In this document: positions 18,452-28,094 of the stretch, in pieces
Numbering within the stretch: the stretch's first letter is position 1
Layout of the letters: each line of letters begins with the position of its first letter
Source of the DNA: Simkania sp.
GTDB lineage: Bacteria; Chlamydiota; Chlamydiia; Chlamydiales; Simkaniaceae
DNA: 64,000 nucleotides
Assembly: GCF_965215465.1 (NCBI RefSeq)
Contig: NZ_OZ244056.1
Coordinates: 2,205,169-2,269,168, forward strand
Reading direction: 5' to 3'
The notes under the pieces: generated by a model
Told to the model about the DNA's origin: nothing
Seen by the model: only the letters and a program-made list of their open reading frames with translations
Databases searched by the model: none
Position numbers and translations under genes: made by a program

Positions 18452-19666
18452 TCAACTTATCCAGGTAACGGTATGATATTTTTTTTCATCGATCTGCCCC
18501 TCTTTTTTGGCAACATAGACGGCAGCTACTGCATCCCCAAGAATATTCACAACAGTCCCAAACATATCTCTGAAACGGTCGATTCCTGCAATGATCCCGA
18601 TCCCCTCTAAAGGAAGCCCCATCGCATTGAGAACAATCGAAAGCATCACGAGGCCACTTCCAGGGATTCCTGCCGTTCCAATAGCGGAAATAAGCGTTGT
18701 AAAAGTCAAAATAAGAATACTAATTGGGGTGATTTCAATCCCATAGGCCTGGGCAATAAAAATCGATAAGACCGCTTGACCAATCGCCGTTCCATTCATG
18801 TTAATTGTCGAGCCTAAAGACAGGACAAATCCAGAAATGTCCGGCGACAATCCCAAATGATCTCGAGCGCACTCAAGTGATACAGGCAACGTCGCTGAAC
18901 TACTGCTCGTAGTGAATGCCACGACAATCGCATCTTTCATTCCTTTGAAAAACGGAGCAATTTCTAATTTAGCAAGCCCCCTAAGGGAAACAACAAAAAC
19001 GATGGCAATCTGGAGTAGACAGGCACAAAAGATACAGACGATCGCCCAAAAAAGAGGCAAAATCACTTTTGACCCAACAGCTCCTACAGCTGTTGCAATC
19101 AGAGCAAACACCCCATACGGAGCGAAACGCATCACAACATGGGTTAAGTTGGCCATCACTTCACTAAGCGACTCGATAAAATGTAAAATGGGTTTGGCTT
19201 TTTCTTTGGCCAAGGTGATGGCAAAAGCAAAGAAAATCGCAAAGACAATAATTTGTAAAATATTCCCCTCTGCAAAAGAGGCAAATGGGTTCGAAGGGAC
19301 AATCGAAAAGATGAAGTCAATCAAACTTAAATTTCCACCGCTCCCCATTCCTTCTGCGATAGATAAGTTCAGGTTTTTTCCTGGTTGAATGGCATAGACC
19401 ATAATCAATCCAAACCCAATCGCAATGATGGTTGTCACAGCATAGAAAATCAGCGTTCGGGCACCAATTCGTCCTAATTTCTTGGGGTCATTGATATGGC
19501 ACATCCCTGTGACAAGCGATGAAAAGACAATAAGCTCAACAAGCATCTTGAGAAGGTCAATGAATGCTTTCCCAACAAGCGATAAAAATTCGATCTGACG
19601 GTTTAAAATCAGCCCTGTGATCACACCTAGTACAAGGCCGACAAGAATCTTAAGCCAAGGTTTCAT
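18452..19666 (-). CDS. gltT: Sodium:dicarboxylate/amino-acid symporter (DAACS), copy 2 (close paralog of 15002..16219)
   Basis: 404 aa, collinear with copy 1 along its whole length. Both start MKPW.KIL.GLVLGVI.GL and both end DEK.YH.VTW. Confidence 0.88.
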   Translation of the reverse strand: MKPWLKILVGLVLGVITGLILNRQIEFLSLVGKAFIDLLKMLVELIVFSSLVTGMCHINDPKKLGRIGARTLIFYAVTTIIAIGFGLIMVYAIQPGKNLNLSIAEGMGSGGNLSLIDFIFSIVPSNPFASFAEGNILQIIVFAIFFAFAITLAKEKAKPILHFIESLSEVMANLTHVVMRFAPYGVFALIATAVGAVGSKVILPLFWAIVCIFCACLLQIAIVFVVSLRGLAKLEIAPFFKGMKDAIVVAFTTSSSSATLPVSLECARDHLGLSPDISGFVLSLGSTINMNGTAIGQAVLSIFIAQAYGIEITPISILILTFTTLISAIGTAGIPGSGLVMLSIVLNAMGLPLEGIGIIAGIDRFRDMFGTVVNILGDAVAAVYVAKKEGQIDEKKYHTVTWIS

Positions 19667-19834
19667 ATTTCCTTAATTTGGTGAACGTAGGGGTGAGTTA
19701 GTTAGAAAAGACATGCATTGCAGGTTCTCCTTTACGTTTGCGGATGGGGTTTTATGATTACAGTATACAAATCCGCGTGCTTTAAAGAACTTTACTGAAA
19801 TGGAAATAAAAATTCCACTAAAAACGGGAATCCA

Positions 19835-20503
19835 TCAAAAAGGCGAAGGGCTTTTCACAGTGATTTCTTCTTGCGAAATCGGATGAAAAAAAGTGAGTTT
19901 TCCATGGTGCAAATCGATGCGATCCTTTTGAGTTTTTGCACCATATTTCACATCGCCACAAATAGGATGCCCCATAAAAGAGAGTTGGGCTCGGATTTGA
20001 TGATAACGACCGGTATGTAACTCCACTTCGAGTAGCGTTTGATCTTTCCACTCTTTGACAACACGATACGAAAGCACTGCTTCTTTTCCTTGATCGTGAG
20101 AAACAATCTGAGCTCGCCTGTTTCCATGGGTGATAAAATGACGTAAGACACCTTTTTTTACTTTCAGTCTCCCTTCAACACGGGCAAAGTAAGTTTTCCG
20201 TATCTTTCTTCCACGCATTTGCGCCTGCAACCTGGATAAGCTCTTACTTGTGCGGGCAAATAAAACGAGCCCACTCACTAGAAGATCTAGACGATGAACC
20301 GGTGTTAAAAAAACGTTGCCTACTTTATGAAATTTCCGTTTGATCCAAGCTTTTGCATCCCCCTCGAGACTTTCCCCACCTGTAGGACGCGGCTGCGTCG
20401 GAAGACCAGCAGGCTTATTCACAACGAAAACATGATTATCAAGATAGATGGGTTCTTTGACGGATGACTTCATAAAGCAATAAGGTCGTTGCGGCAGCAA
20501 CAT
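19835..20503 (-). CDS. RluA-family pseudouridine synthase
   Basis: VVNKPAGLPTQ and HRLDLLVSGLVLFA motifs. The start is uncertain (ATG at 20503 or 20473). Confidence 0.8.
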   Translation of the reverse strand: MLLPQRPYCFMKSSVKEPIYLDNHVFVVNKPAGLPTQPRPTGGESLEGDAKAWIKRKFHKVGNVFLTPVHRLDLLVSGLVLFARTSKSLSRLQAQMRGRKIRKTYFARVEGRLKVKKGVLRHFITHGNRRAQIVSHDQGKEAVLSYRVVKEWKDQTLLEVELHTGRYHQIRAQLSFMGHPICGDVKYGAKTQKDRIDLHHGKLTFFHPISQEEITVKSPSPF

Positions 20504-20762
20504 TTAAGGAATCTGCATGACCGAGCATAGGAATTTTGACCAATTTATCGGCTGCATCAATCCATGTTTCAGAAAGCCCCAATTGCTCTGTCCCAACTGC
20601 AAGAGCGACTGGGCCTGTTTGATCAACTTCCGTGAAGATACTTGGGGCATCAGGTGAAGAAGAAATGATAGGAATCTTCCGTTCTCCGAGCCACATCAAA
20701 GCTGCTTCTGATGTTGTTTCAACAACAGGCACTGTAAAAAATGTTCCCACGCTAGAACGCAC
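20439..20762 (-). pseudogene. TrmH/SpoU-family methyltransferase, C-terminal fragment (frameshifted gene)
   Basis: A different frame carries NPNVVRSSVGTFFTVPVV..ALAVGTEQLGLS..IPMLGHADSLNVAAATTLLLYE (SpoU motifs 2 and 3). The join lies near 20775-20790. Confidence 0.75.
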
Positions 20763-21241
20763 AACATTGGGATTGTGGACTCAGTTGTCCGGTCACATAA
20801 AAGTAAGGCGTCGACTCCTGCAGCATCACAAGAGCGTAATATCGAACCCAAGTTTCCGGGTTTTTCAATGGCTTCTGCAACTAAAATAAAGGGGTTGTCC
20901 CCAACACAGAGTTCTTCGAGCGCCAAATGCTGTTGCAGCGCAATCGCAAGAAGACCATCGGGGCGATCACGATAGGAGAGCTTCGCAAAGACCTCTTTAC
21001 TCACTTCAACCACTTCGACATTTAAAGAAAGAACCCTTTCAATTAAATCGTTTTCATTGGATCCCAAAAAGTGAGTCGGTGAATAAAACAATGTTTGCAG
21101 CTTGGCTTGACCTTCTACGGCTCGAAGAAGTTCGCGATATCCTTCAATCAAAAAAGTTTGCGTTTTTTCGCGCTCTCTTCTTTCGCGTAGTTTGACAGCC
21201 CCTTTCACCCGGGGGTTTTGTAAACTCGTAATCTTATCCAT
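20696..21241 (-). pseudogene. TrmH/SpoU-family RNA 2'-O-methyltransferase, N-terminal fragment (frameshifted gene)
   Basis: Substrate-binding region plus motif 1 (EKPGNLGSILRSCDAAGVDALLL). After ..LLLCDRTTE the frame runs into non-homologous sequence. The ATG at 21241 overlaps the upstream gene's stop. Confidence 0.75.
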
Positions 21242-22043
21242 GCCACCTCGCATAACTTCCACTTGGAAGTGAAAATGACTTTGAAGCAATCAACATTTCG
21301 CCTGCTTCGATTTCGCCGCTCAGCTGCGTTTGTGTCAAAACGTGCCTTAGAACAGTGGGAGTAAACCCTGGTGTATGTGCCGTCAAAACAATGAAACCAT
21401 CGCGCGCAACAACTTGTTTGCACAAGTCTAAAAGGGGGATTAAATCTCGCTCAATTTTAAAAACCTGACCTTGATTGCCCCGACCAAAAGTTGGAGGGTC
21501 AAGGATCACTCCTTGATAGTGAACTTTCCGTCTTATTTCTCTTTTTAAAAACTTGAGCGCGTCATCGACAATCCAACGAACCTCTGCCTTTTCTAAACCA
21601 TTTAAACTGGCATTTTCTCTCGCCCACTGCACCATACCTTTTGAGGCATCTAAATGACACACAGAAATTCCCTTTTGAGCCAGGGCTAGTGTTGCTGCAC
21701 CAGAATAGGCAAAGAGATTCAAAACCGGTTTTTTCTTACCCACCATCTTCTTTTCCATCCACTTCCAGTGCATGGCGTGTTCAGGAAATATGCCAAGATG
21801 ACCAAAGTCGGTTGTTATCAGTTTGAACTTGAGTTTTTCATAAGTGATCGTCCAAGAAGGTGGGGTTTTCTTTTTTTTCCAACGATTGCCCTGATCGCGC
21901 ACAAATTCACCATGATGTGTTTCCCATTTTTTGGGAAACTGTGGCTCCCAAATAGCTTGAGGGCAAGGCCGAATCAAAGTGTATTCACCAAACTGCTCAA
22001 GCTTCTTTTCATTGCCACTGTCTATTAAAGTATAATCGTTCAT
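21234..22043 (-). CDS. Class I SAM-dependent methyltransferase (RlmI C-terminal-domain-like)
   Basis: 269 aa with VLNLFAYSGAATLALA, CHLDASK and VILDPPTFGRG. Confidence 0.75.
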   Translation of the reverse strand: MNDYTLIDSGNEKKLEQFGEYTLIRPCPQAIWEPQFPKKWETHHGEFVRDQGNRWKKKKTPPSWTITYEKLKFKLITTDFGHLGIFPEHAMHWKWMEKKMVGKKKPVLNLFAYSGAATLALAQKGISVCHLDASKGMVQWARENASLNGLEKAEVRWIVDDALKFLKREIRRKVHYQGVILDPPTFGRGNQGQVFKIERDLIPLLDLCKQVVARDGFIVLTAHTPGFTPTVLRHVLTQTQLSGEIEAGEMLIASKSFSLPSGSYARWHG

Positions 22044-23290
22044 GACTCTTCAAAGGGTGGTATGTCAAATTGGATATAGCGCCATAGATGAGATAAGAGA
22101 TAGGTTGCCGAATACTCAATCAACGTCGAACGCTTGCGTGTTCCTTTAAGGGACAATAAGCCTGCAAAAACATCTCCTTTTTTGTGACCAATTGCTCCCC
22201 ACACTGTCCCAACAGGTTTTTCTTGCGTTCCACCTGTTGGACCTGTAATTCCGGACACGGCAACAGCATAATCAGCACCGCTAACAGAAAGGGTTCCTTG
22301 AACCATTTCGATGACCGTTTCACGACTCACTGCACCATGTGCATGTAAAGTTTCTGGGTTCACATTTAGCACAGATGTTTTCATCTGATTGGAATAGGTG
22401 ACCAGACTCCCCAAAAAGTAGTCGGAGCAGCCGCTGATCTTTGTCAGGCGCGCGGCAATTCTCCCACCTGTGCACGACTCCGCGCAAGCAAGAGTGAGAC
22501 CACGCGCAATGAACTGTTCATGAACAGCGTATTCGATGTCGTGATACTTTTCCGAAAAAATCCTGTGTTTGAACTTTTCTCTAAGTGCAAAGAGAATCGG
22601 AGCAAATCTTTCTTCGGCTTCATCTTGCGACTCCGCATGTGCTCTCAGATAAATCGAAAGAGTTCCATACGAGGGACAAACCCCAAATTCAACTTTGGGA
22701 TGCTTTTCTTCCATTGCACGTAAAAAGGGGTCAACATGCTGTTCTGACATCAAGAAAAGGTAGACGGCATGTTGGAAAAGGTGGCGCTTATGCGTCTCTT
22801 CCAAGTAAGGAATCACACTTTTTTCTAGCATCTCTTGCATTTGAACGGGAGCGCCAGGAAGAACAATCACTGTTTTTTCCCCTTTTTTTAAAATAAAACC
22901 AGGCGCAGTCCCAATTGGATTTGGAATCACATGAGCTCCTTTAATCACGGTTGCTTGATCAGCTAGAGTTTCAAGATCTTTGCCGTACCGCTTTTCAAGC
23001 TCAGTAGCGACTTTTGCATCATGAACAAGTTCACTTTCGAAAATTTCAGCGAGCGTGCTACGGGTAATGTCATCTCCAGTCGGGCCTAAACCTCCAGTCG
23101 TGATCACAACTGAGGCACGGCTCATGGCCTCTTCAATGGCTTTTTTCATCGGATTGTGATGGTCCGGAACGGTTGTCACGTGACTGATTCCAAAGCCACG
23201 CTTTAAAAGAGCCTTTGCAATCACGCTTGCATTCGTGTTGACAGTCTGACCTGTGAGAAGCTCTGCTCCTATTGAGACAATTTCAATCAT
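22040..23290 (-). CDS. cinA: CinA-family protein (MoCF-binding domain plus nicotinamide-nucleotide amidase PncC-like domain)
   Basis: 416 aa with IVSIGAELLTGQTVNTNA, TTGGLGPTGDDIT and a C-terminal CAESCTGG. Confidence 0.85.
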   Translation of the reverse strand: MIEIVSIGAELLTGQTVNTNASVIAKALLKRGFGISHVTTVPDHHNPMKKAIEEAMSRASVVITTGGLGPTGDDITRSTLAEIFESELVHDAKVATELEKRYGKDLETLADQATVIKGAHVIPNPIGTAPGFILKKGEKTVIVLPGAPVQMQEMLEKSVIPYLEETHKRHLFQHAVYLFLMSEQHVDPFLRAMEEKHPKVEFGVCPSYGTLSIYLRAHAESQDEAEERFAPILFALREKFKHRIFSEKYHDIEYAVHEQFIARGLTLACAESCTGGRIAARLTKISGCSDYFLGSLVTYSNQMKTSVLNVNPETLHAHGAVSRETVIEMVQGTLSVSGADYAVAVSGITGPTGGTQEKPVGTVWGAIGHKKGDVFAGLLSLKGTRKRSTLIEYSATYLLSHLWRYIQFDIPPFEES

Positions 23291-23976
23291 GCGATGACAA
23301 GCCCCTTTTCTTTGAGTTGAGGATGATTTTCAATCCAGTCGAAACATTTTTTCCCCATCCGTGCTTCAACATTTTTTTTCTGTCCGTCAATGAGAAACGG
23401 AACAGGGCGGCTATGGTTTCGCATCCATTTCATCAAAGCACGAAAGAGGATCGTGTTAGGATACGTTTGCTCTTTCATCACTTCGACAATATCACCTTGA
23501 ATCGAATTCGAATAGAGTTGTGGATAAGAAAACTGAAGCCCCCATTGAATTGATTCTTGACTGTGCACCATAAAATGGAAGGATTGATTTTCAGGTGCAT
23601 ATGTAAAGTGGTGGATCGAAAGCTGAATGACTGGCTGTAAAATTTTGAGGATGACTCCCTTTTTGACATCCATCGCATAAAATGCTTCCGCTGTTGCCGA
23701 TAGGGCCGATGAAAAAAGGGCCTTTGGAAGCATATAAACCTCCCCGCGCTTTAAAGCTCCGGCGGATTTAGCATATTCATTTAAAAAGTCTCCTTTTGGG
23801 AAAGTGGCCTGCTCTATAGGAACAATTTCTGAAACATTATAGAGTTCAAAAGGAGGAAGGGCTGCAAAGAGATCCTCCATTTCGCTTTCATCTAAAAGCA
23901 CGCGATATGAAAACCACTTGGAGGCCTGGAATACGCCCTCTTCTTTAGGATGACTAACGCGAAAATCTGGGCACAT
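23287..23976 (-). CDS. Hypothetical protein
   Basis: 229-aa ORF inside a tightly packed minus-strand operon (ATGA overlap with cinA). I recognised no motif. Confidence 0.55.
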   Translation of the reverse strand: MCPDFRVSHPKEEGVFQASKWFSYRVLLDESEMEDLFAALPPFELYNVSEIVPIEQATFPKGDFLNEYAKSAGALKRGEVYMLPKALFSSALSATAEAFYAMDVKKGVILKILQPVIQLSIHHFTYAPENQSFHFMVHSQESIQWGLQFSYPQLYSNSIQGDIVEVMKEQTYPNTILFRALMKWMRNHSRPVPFLIDGQKKNVEARMGKKCFDWIENHPQLKEKGLVIA

Positions 23977-24499
23977 GCTTTGTCTTCTTTTTTTGGAAAA
24001 GCGATTGGATAATCAATGTCGCAACACCTAAGAAAATCAAAGTATCCGCAACATTAAAAACAGGGAAAGAGTACCCCCATAAGGTAAAGTGGAACATATC
24101 CACAACAGATCCATAGATAAAGCGATCTAGAATGTTGCCCAATGCTCCTGTGATAATCAATAAAAGGGGGATCTGTCGTTTTTTCACTTCATTGATAAAC
24201 AGGACGTAAATCATGACACTGATGAGAATTGCGATGCGAACAATGAGCAAGACAATGGGAAATGATCCAAAAATTCCCCAAGCTCCACCATGGTTTGTCA
24301 CCCGGTTGATGCAAAAATCGATTCCTAATACATTTTCGAAAACTCCAATGCCACCATAAGGATAAAACGGAGATGCATAGAGCATATTGGCTAAACCGTG
24401 AAACACCCAGAACTTTGAGATCATGTCGATGAGGAGCAAAACCGCCCCTGTTAAGAGAAAAGGAAAAAAGCGACGCTTTCTAGAGAAGTCCTTTTTCAT
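23954..24499 (-). CDS. lspA: Lipoprotein signal peptidase (signal peptidase II)
   Basis: 181 aa, 4 TM, with NHGGAWG and FNVAD motifs. Confidence 0.88.
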   Translation of the reverse strand: MKKDFSRKRRFFPFLLTGAVLLLIDMISKFWVFHGLANMLYASPFYPYGGIGVFENVLGIDFCINRVTNHGGAWGIFGSFPIVLLIVRIAILISVMIYVLFINEVKKRQIPLLLIITGALGNILDRFIYGSVVDMFHFTLWGYSFPVFNVADTLIFLGVATLIIQSLFQKKKTKHVPRFSR

Positions 24500-24845
24500 A
24501 CTTTTCCTGGGCTTGTACCGTCATCGTGGCATACGGAACAGCTTCTAATCGTTTGACAGGGATTTCATCTCCCGTCACATCACAAACTCCATATGTCCCT
24601 TCTTCCATCTTTTCGAGAGCTCTTTCGATTTGGCGCAAAATTGTTTGTTCCTTCCCCGAGATCTCAATTGAAATTGTTTGGCCAAAGTCATCTGTTCCTT
24701 CATCGGCTTGATGCTGCGAGTACCCTTTCGGTTCTTCTTTGTTTTTCACATCCTCAGACACTTTTCCCAAAGTTTGATTGATCTCATCGCGCAGATCTAT
24801 CAGGCGCTGCTTAAATTTTTCAATATCACTTTTTTTCAGAGCCAT
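24480..24845 (-). CDS. dksA: DksA/TraR-family regulator (cysteine-poor variant)
   Basis: 121 aa with a coiled-coil N-terminal part carrying an acidic tip (ADEGTDDF). The C-terminal region YGVCDVTGDEIPVKRLEAVPYATMTVQ retains only one of the four canonical zinc-finger Cys. Confidence 0.8.
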   Translation of the reverse strand: MALKKSDIEKFKQRLIDLRDEINQTLGKVSEDVKNKEEPKGYSQHQADEGTDDFGQTISIEISGKEQTILRQIERALEKMEEGTYGVCDVTGDEIPVKRLEAVPYATMTVQAQEKYEKGLL

Positions 24846-24857
24846 CTCTCAAGATTC

Positions 24858-25325
24858 CTATGTTTTCACTTTTTCGTCTTCTGTTGACGCTGTATTGAGT
24901 GCGTTCACAATTTCTTCAAGGTCTTTAAAACGCCTATAGACGCATGCAAAACGAATATAAGCTACAGTATCGAGATGTCGCAGCCGTTCCATCACAGTTT
25001 CACCAAGTTGGATCGTATCGATTTCTCGTACTTGTTTCTCTATGAGTTCGTTTACAATTGATGAGGCCAAATCACGCACCTGGTCATGACTGATACGGGT
25101 GTGCCTGGCTGCAGCGTCAATTCCTTTTATCAACTTTTCGAGTTGAAAGTCCTCATAGCTACCATCACGCTTTTTCACTTGAAGGGAAATGTCCACAGTT
25201 TCAAAAGTCGTAAAACGTCTTGAGCAGTTTAGACACTCTCTTCGTCGTCGAATAGCATTGGTCTCATTCGCATTTCGCGAGTCGGTCACTTTCAGTTCTT
25301 CGTGACCACAATAGGGACACTTCAT
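24858..25325 (-). CDS. nrdR: Transcriptional repressor NrdR
   Basis: MKCPYCGHEELKVTDSR...CLNCSRRFTTFE zinc ribbon followed by an ATP-cone. Confidence 0.92.
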   Translation of the reverse strand: MKCPYCGHEELKVTDSRNANETNAIRRRRECLNCSRRFTTFETVDISLQVKKRDGSYEDFQLEKLIKGIDAAARHTRISHDQVRDLASSIVNELIEKQVREIDTIQLGETVMERLRHLDTVAYIRFACVYRRFKDLEEIVNALNTASTEDEKVKT

Positions 25326-25394
25326 CCCTTGTCTTCCTCTTGGTTAATTCAACTGTTTTTTAAATAGATTTATACATCCCATAATAAAAAACAA

Positions 25395-25482
25395 CGGAGG
25401 AGGTGGGATTCGAACCCACGATACGTTTATCACGCATACACGCTTTCCAAGCGTGCTCCTTCGGCCGCTCGGACACTCCTCC
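25395..25482 (-). tRNA. tRNA-Ser (anticodon GGA)
   Basis: The reverse complement is GGAGGAGTGTCCGAGCGGCCGAAGGAGCACGCTTGGAAAGCGTGTATGCGTGATAAACGTATCGTGGGTTCGAATCCCACCTCCTCCG. It has a 7-bp acceptor stem, anticodon loop TTGGAAA, a long variable arm and T-loop GGTTCGAATCC. CCA is not encoded. Confidence 0.9.
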
Positions 25483-25604
25483 ACCCGAAAAAGTAGGCGA
25501 TAAATTAGTCCAACTTTAATTATTTGACAAGAGAAATGGGCCCAAGATCCTCGACAAATGAGCGCGCTTCCGGTACACTTTAAATTTAACTTGGGAGACA
25601 TACT

Positions 25605-26507
25605 ATGAAAAAATATTTTCTTTTGACATTTGCTTTCCTCTCCATAGTCGTTGCTTTGGTCGGTTGCCGGACGAAGTTCGAAGGAAAAGTGGGAGATAAA
25701 CCCAGTGTCTTAGTGAGCGTTCCCCCTTACATATCTATTGTACAAGCAATTGCTGGAGATACTGTCACCGTTGAATCAGCTGTTTCTCCCGGATTTGACT
25801 CCCATAACAACGAAATCACACCTAGCCAAGCCAAAAAGATCCAAACATGTGACCTTTGGATTGGAATTGGCGAACCTTATGAAAGAAAACTTCTCGCTTC
25901 TTTGCGTGAGGCCAAACGTGAAGTACGCGTTCTGCAAATCAATGAAACGATCAACCTGATTTCTTACGAAGATGATGTCAACTTTGTCGATGCCTGCGCC
26001 GACGTCAATCTTCCCGACCGCTCTGCACAAGACCTCCATTTTTGGATGAGCCCTATGCGCCTTGTTTACCAAGCCCAACGTATCTACGAAGCCCTTGCTG
26101 CAATGTCCCCTAAACATGCGACTCTTTATCAAGACAACTTAAAAAAATACATCGACCGCATCAAAGCCGTCGATCTGCAGGTTACAGAAAAGCTCAAACC
26201 TTTCCGCAAAAAAGGGGTGATTGTTTCTCACGCTTTCCTCGGATACCTGTGCTATGACTACAACATGTACCAAATTGCCGTCGAGTGTGAAGGAAAAAGT
26301 CCTCGCGCGGTATCTGTCAACCGCGTCCTCACTTTGGCAAAAAACTATGACGTTCAATGTGTCTTCACACTGCCACAACATAATAATAAAGGTGCTCTAC
26401 TTGTCGCTGAAAAGCTCAAGCTGAAAACTTATGAAGTAGATCCACTAGATCCCGATCCGTTAAAGACCATTCAAACAGTTGTCAATGACATCACAAGCGC
26501 AAAGTAA
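25605..26507 (+). CDS. Metal (Zn/Mn/Fe) ABC transporter substrate-binding lipoprotein (ZnuA/TroA-like)
   Basis: 300 aa with lipobox LVGC and a DLHFW motif. ATPase and permease genes follow. Confidence 0.8.
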   Translation: MKKYFLLTFAFLSIVVALVGCRTKFEGKVGDKPSVLVSVPPYISIVQAIAGDTVTVESAVSPGFDSHNNEITPSQAKKIQTCDLWIGIGEPYERKLLASLREAKREVRVLQINETINLISYEDDVNFVDACADVNLPDRSAQDLHFWMSPMRLVYQAQRIYEALAAMSPKHATLYQDNLKKYIDRIKAVDLQVTEKLKPFRKKGVIVSHAFLGYLCYDYNMYQIAVECEGKSPRAVSVNRVLTLAKNYDVQCVFTLPQHNNKGALLVAEKLKLKTYEVDPLDPDPLKTIQTVVNDITSAK

Positions 26508-27183
26508 ACCGACTCCCATCATTTCGTTTCGAAATGTCACTTTTACCTATGACAAAGCTCCAACGATCAAGCACGCAAGTTTCGAGGTTTTTCCAGGAGA
26601 ATTTATTGGAATCATCGGTCCCAATGGTGGTGGAAAAACTACGGCATTAAAACTGATTCTCGGCTTTCTCAAGCCGCAAGATGGAGAAGTCTTTTCTCGC
26701 GGACATGTGGGCTACGTTCCTCAAATTAATGCTTATGATAAACACTTCCCCATCACCGTCAAAGAAGTCATTCTCACGGGATGCTTGTCTCAAATGAGCC
26801 GCTGGGGGAAGTACCCCAAAGAAGCTTTCGACAAAGCTGAAAAGCTACTCGACACCTTCCAATTGACTCCTCTTGCCGACCAAGCTTTTGGCTCCCTCTC
26901 AGGAGGACAAGCCCAAAAAACCCTCATTGCCCGCGCCCTCATTTCAGACCCAGAAGTGCTTCTTCTCGACGAACCCACAGCTAACATCGACGCCCAAACT
27001 GAAAAACAGATTTTCGCCTTTTTAAAACAGCTTAAAGGACAAAAAACCATTCTCGTCGTCACACATAACTTTGAAGCTATTGTTCAAAATGTAGAAAGGG
27101 TTCTCTGCTTCCAACACGACGTCTCTTCTATGAAGCCAGAAGAGGTCTGCAAACACTTTTCTATTGGGATGTATCATGAATGA
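26485..27183 (+). CDS. Metal ABC transporter ATP-binding protein
   Basis: Walker A GPNGGGKTT, signature LSGGQ and Walker B LLLDEP. The ATG at 26485 is in frame with the track's TTG at 26479. Confidence 0.88.
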   Translation: MTSQAQSKPTPIISFRNVTFTYDKAPTIKHASFEVFPGEFIGIIGPNGGGKTTALKLILGFLKPQDGEVFSRGHVGYVPQINAYDKHFPITVKEVILTGCLSQMSRWGKYPKEAFDKAEKLLDTFQLTPLADQAFGSLSGGQAQKTLIARALISDPEVLLLDEPTANIDAQTEKQIFAFLKQLKGQKTILVVTHNFEAIVQNVERVLCFQHDVSSMKPEEVCKHFSIGMYHE

Positions 27184-28027
27184 ACCTGCATTGATTCTCG
27201 CGACCTTCTTTTCTGCTTTTCTGACCAATCACTTTCTCAAAATGGCTCTTTTCGCAAGCCTCAGCGCCTCAGTTGCAGGAGGTGTCGTTGGCAGCTATGT
27301 CGTCGTCAAACGGATCGTCTTTATCAGTGGTAGCATTGCCCACTCCGTTTTAGGTGGAATGGGAGTTGCTCTTTACCTGAAGCGGATCTACAACATCACC
27401 TGGCTCGAACCGATCTACGGCGCTCTTGTTGCTGCCATTCTTTCTGCTTACCTCATAGGTTGGATCCGGCTCTATTACCGACAACGCGAAGACACCGTGA
27501 TTGCCGCCCTTTGGGCTTTTGGAATGTCAGTTGGGGTGATCTTCATTTCTCTCACCCCAGGCTACAATGTTGAACTGACAAACTTTCTCTTTGGCAGCAT
27601 TCTTTGGACCAGTAAAGCCGACCTCTATATGCTCCTCATCTTAGACGTTCTCATTTTAGCCGCGACTTTCCTCTTCCACCGCCGCTTTTTAGCCATTTGC
27701 TTTGACGAAGAACAAGCAGCCCTTCAAGGCCAATCCGTCAAGGGACTCTACTTTCTCCTCCTTTCCCTTGTTGCTGTTACCGTCGTTGTTTTGATCCAAG
27801 TCGTTGGAGCGATTCTCGTGATCGCAATCTTATCTCTCCCCGCAGCCATTGCCAACACGTTCACCCACCGCCTTTCTAAAATGATGGTGATTGCCGTCCT
27901 TCTGGGAATAGTTATCTCTGTGCTGGGAATCTCACTCTCCTTCTTTCTTAACTGGCCGCCCGGTGCCACCATTTCCCTTACAGCGACAGGGCTTTACCTC
28001 CTTAACCTCATCCGCAGAAAAGGATAA
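27176..28027 (+). CDS. Metal ABC transporter permease (ZnuB/TroC-like)
   Basis: Polytopic ORF. The ATG at 27176 overlaps the ATPase stop (ATGAATGA); the track start at 27164 is TTG. Confidence 0.85.
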   Translation: MNEPALILATFFSAFLTNHFLKMALFASLSASVAGGVVGSYVVVKRIVFISGSIAHSVLGGMGVALYLKRIYNITWLEPIYGALVAAILSAYLIGWIRLYYRQREDTVIAALWAFGMSVGVIFISLTPGYNVELTNFLFGSILWTSKADLYMLLILDVLILAATFLFHRRFLAICFDEEQAALQGQSVKGLYFLLLSLVAVTVVVLIQVVGAILVIAILSLPAAIANTFTHRLSKMMVIAVLLGIVISVLGISLSFFLNWPPGATISLTATGLYLLNLIRRKG

Positions 28028-28094
28028 TTTCTCTCACAAACAAATTAGGTTTTAGCTTACAATCTACCATCTTTAATTTAAGCATGATGGAAAT

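Noticed and set aside
15618-19388. Similar antisense ORFs (15618..15998 and 18912..19388) inside both gltT paralogs
   Set aside because: Their similarity follows trivially from the similarity of the sense genes. They have no start context, and their composition is that of an antisense membrane-protein gene.
25344-25601. 85-aa ORF on the minus strand
   Set aside because: It overlaps tRNA-Ser(GGA) completely, so it is a chance ORF.
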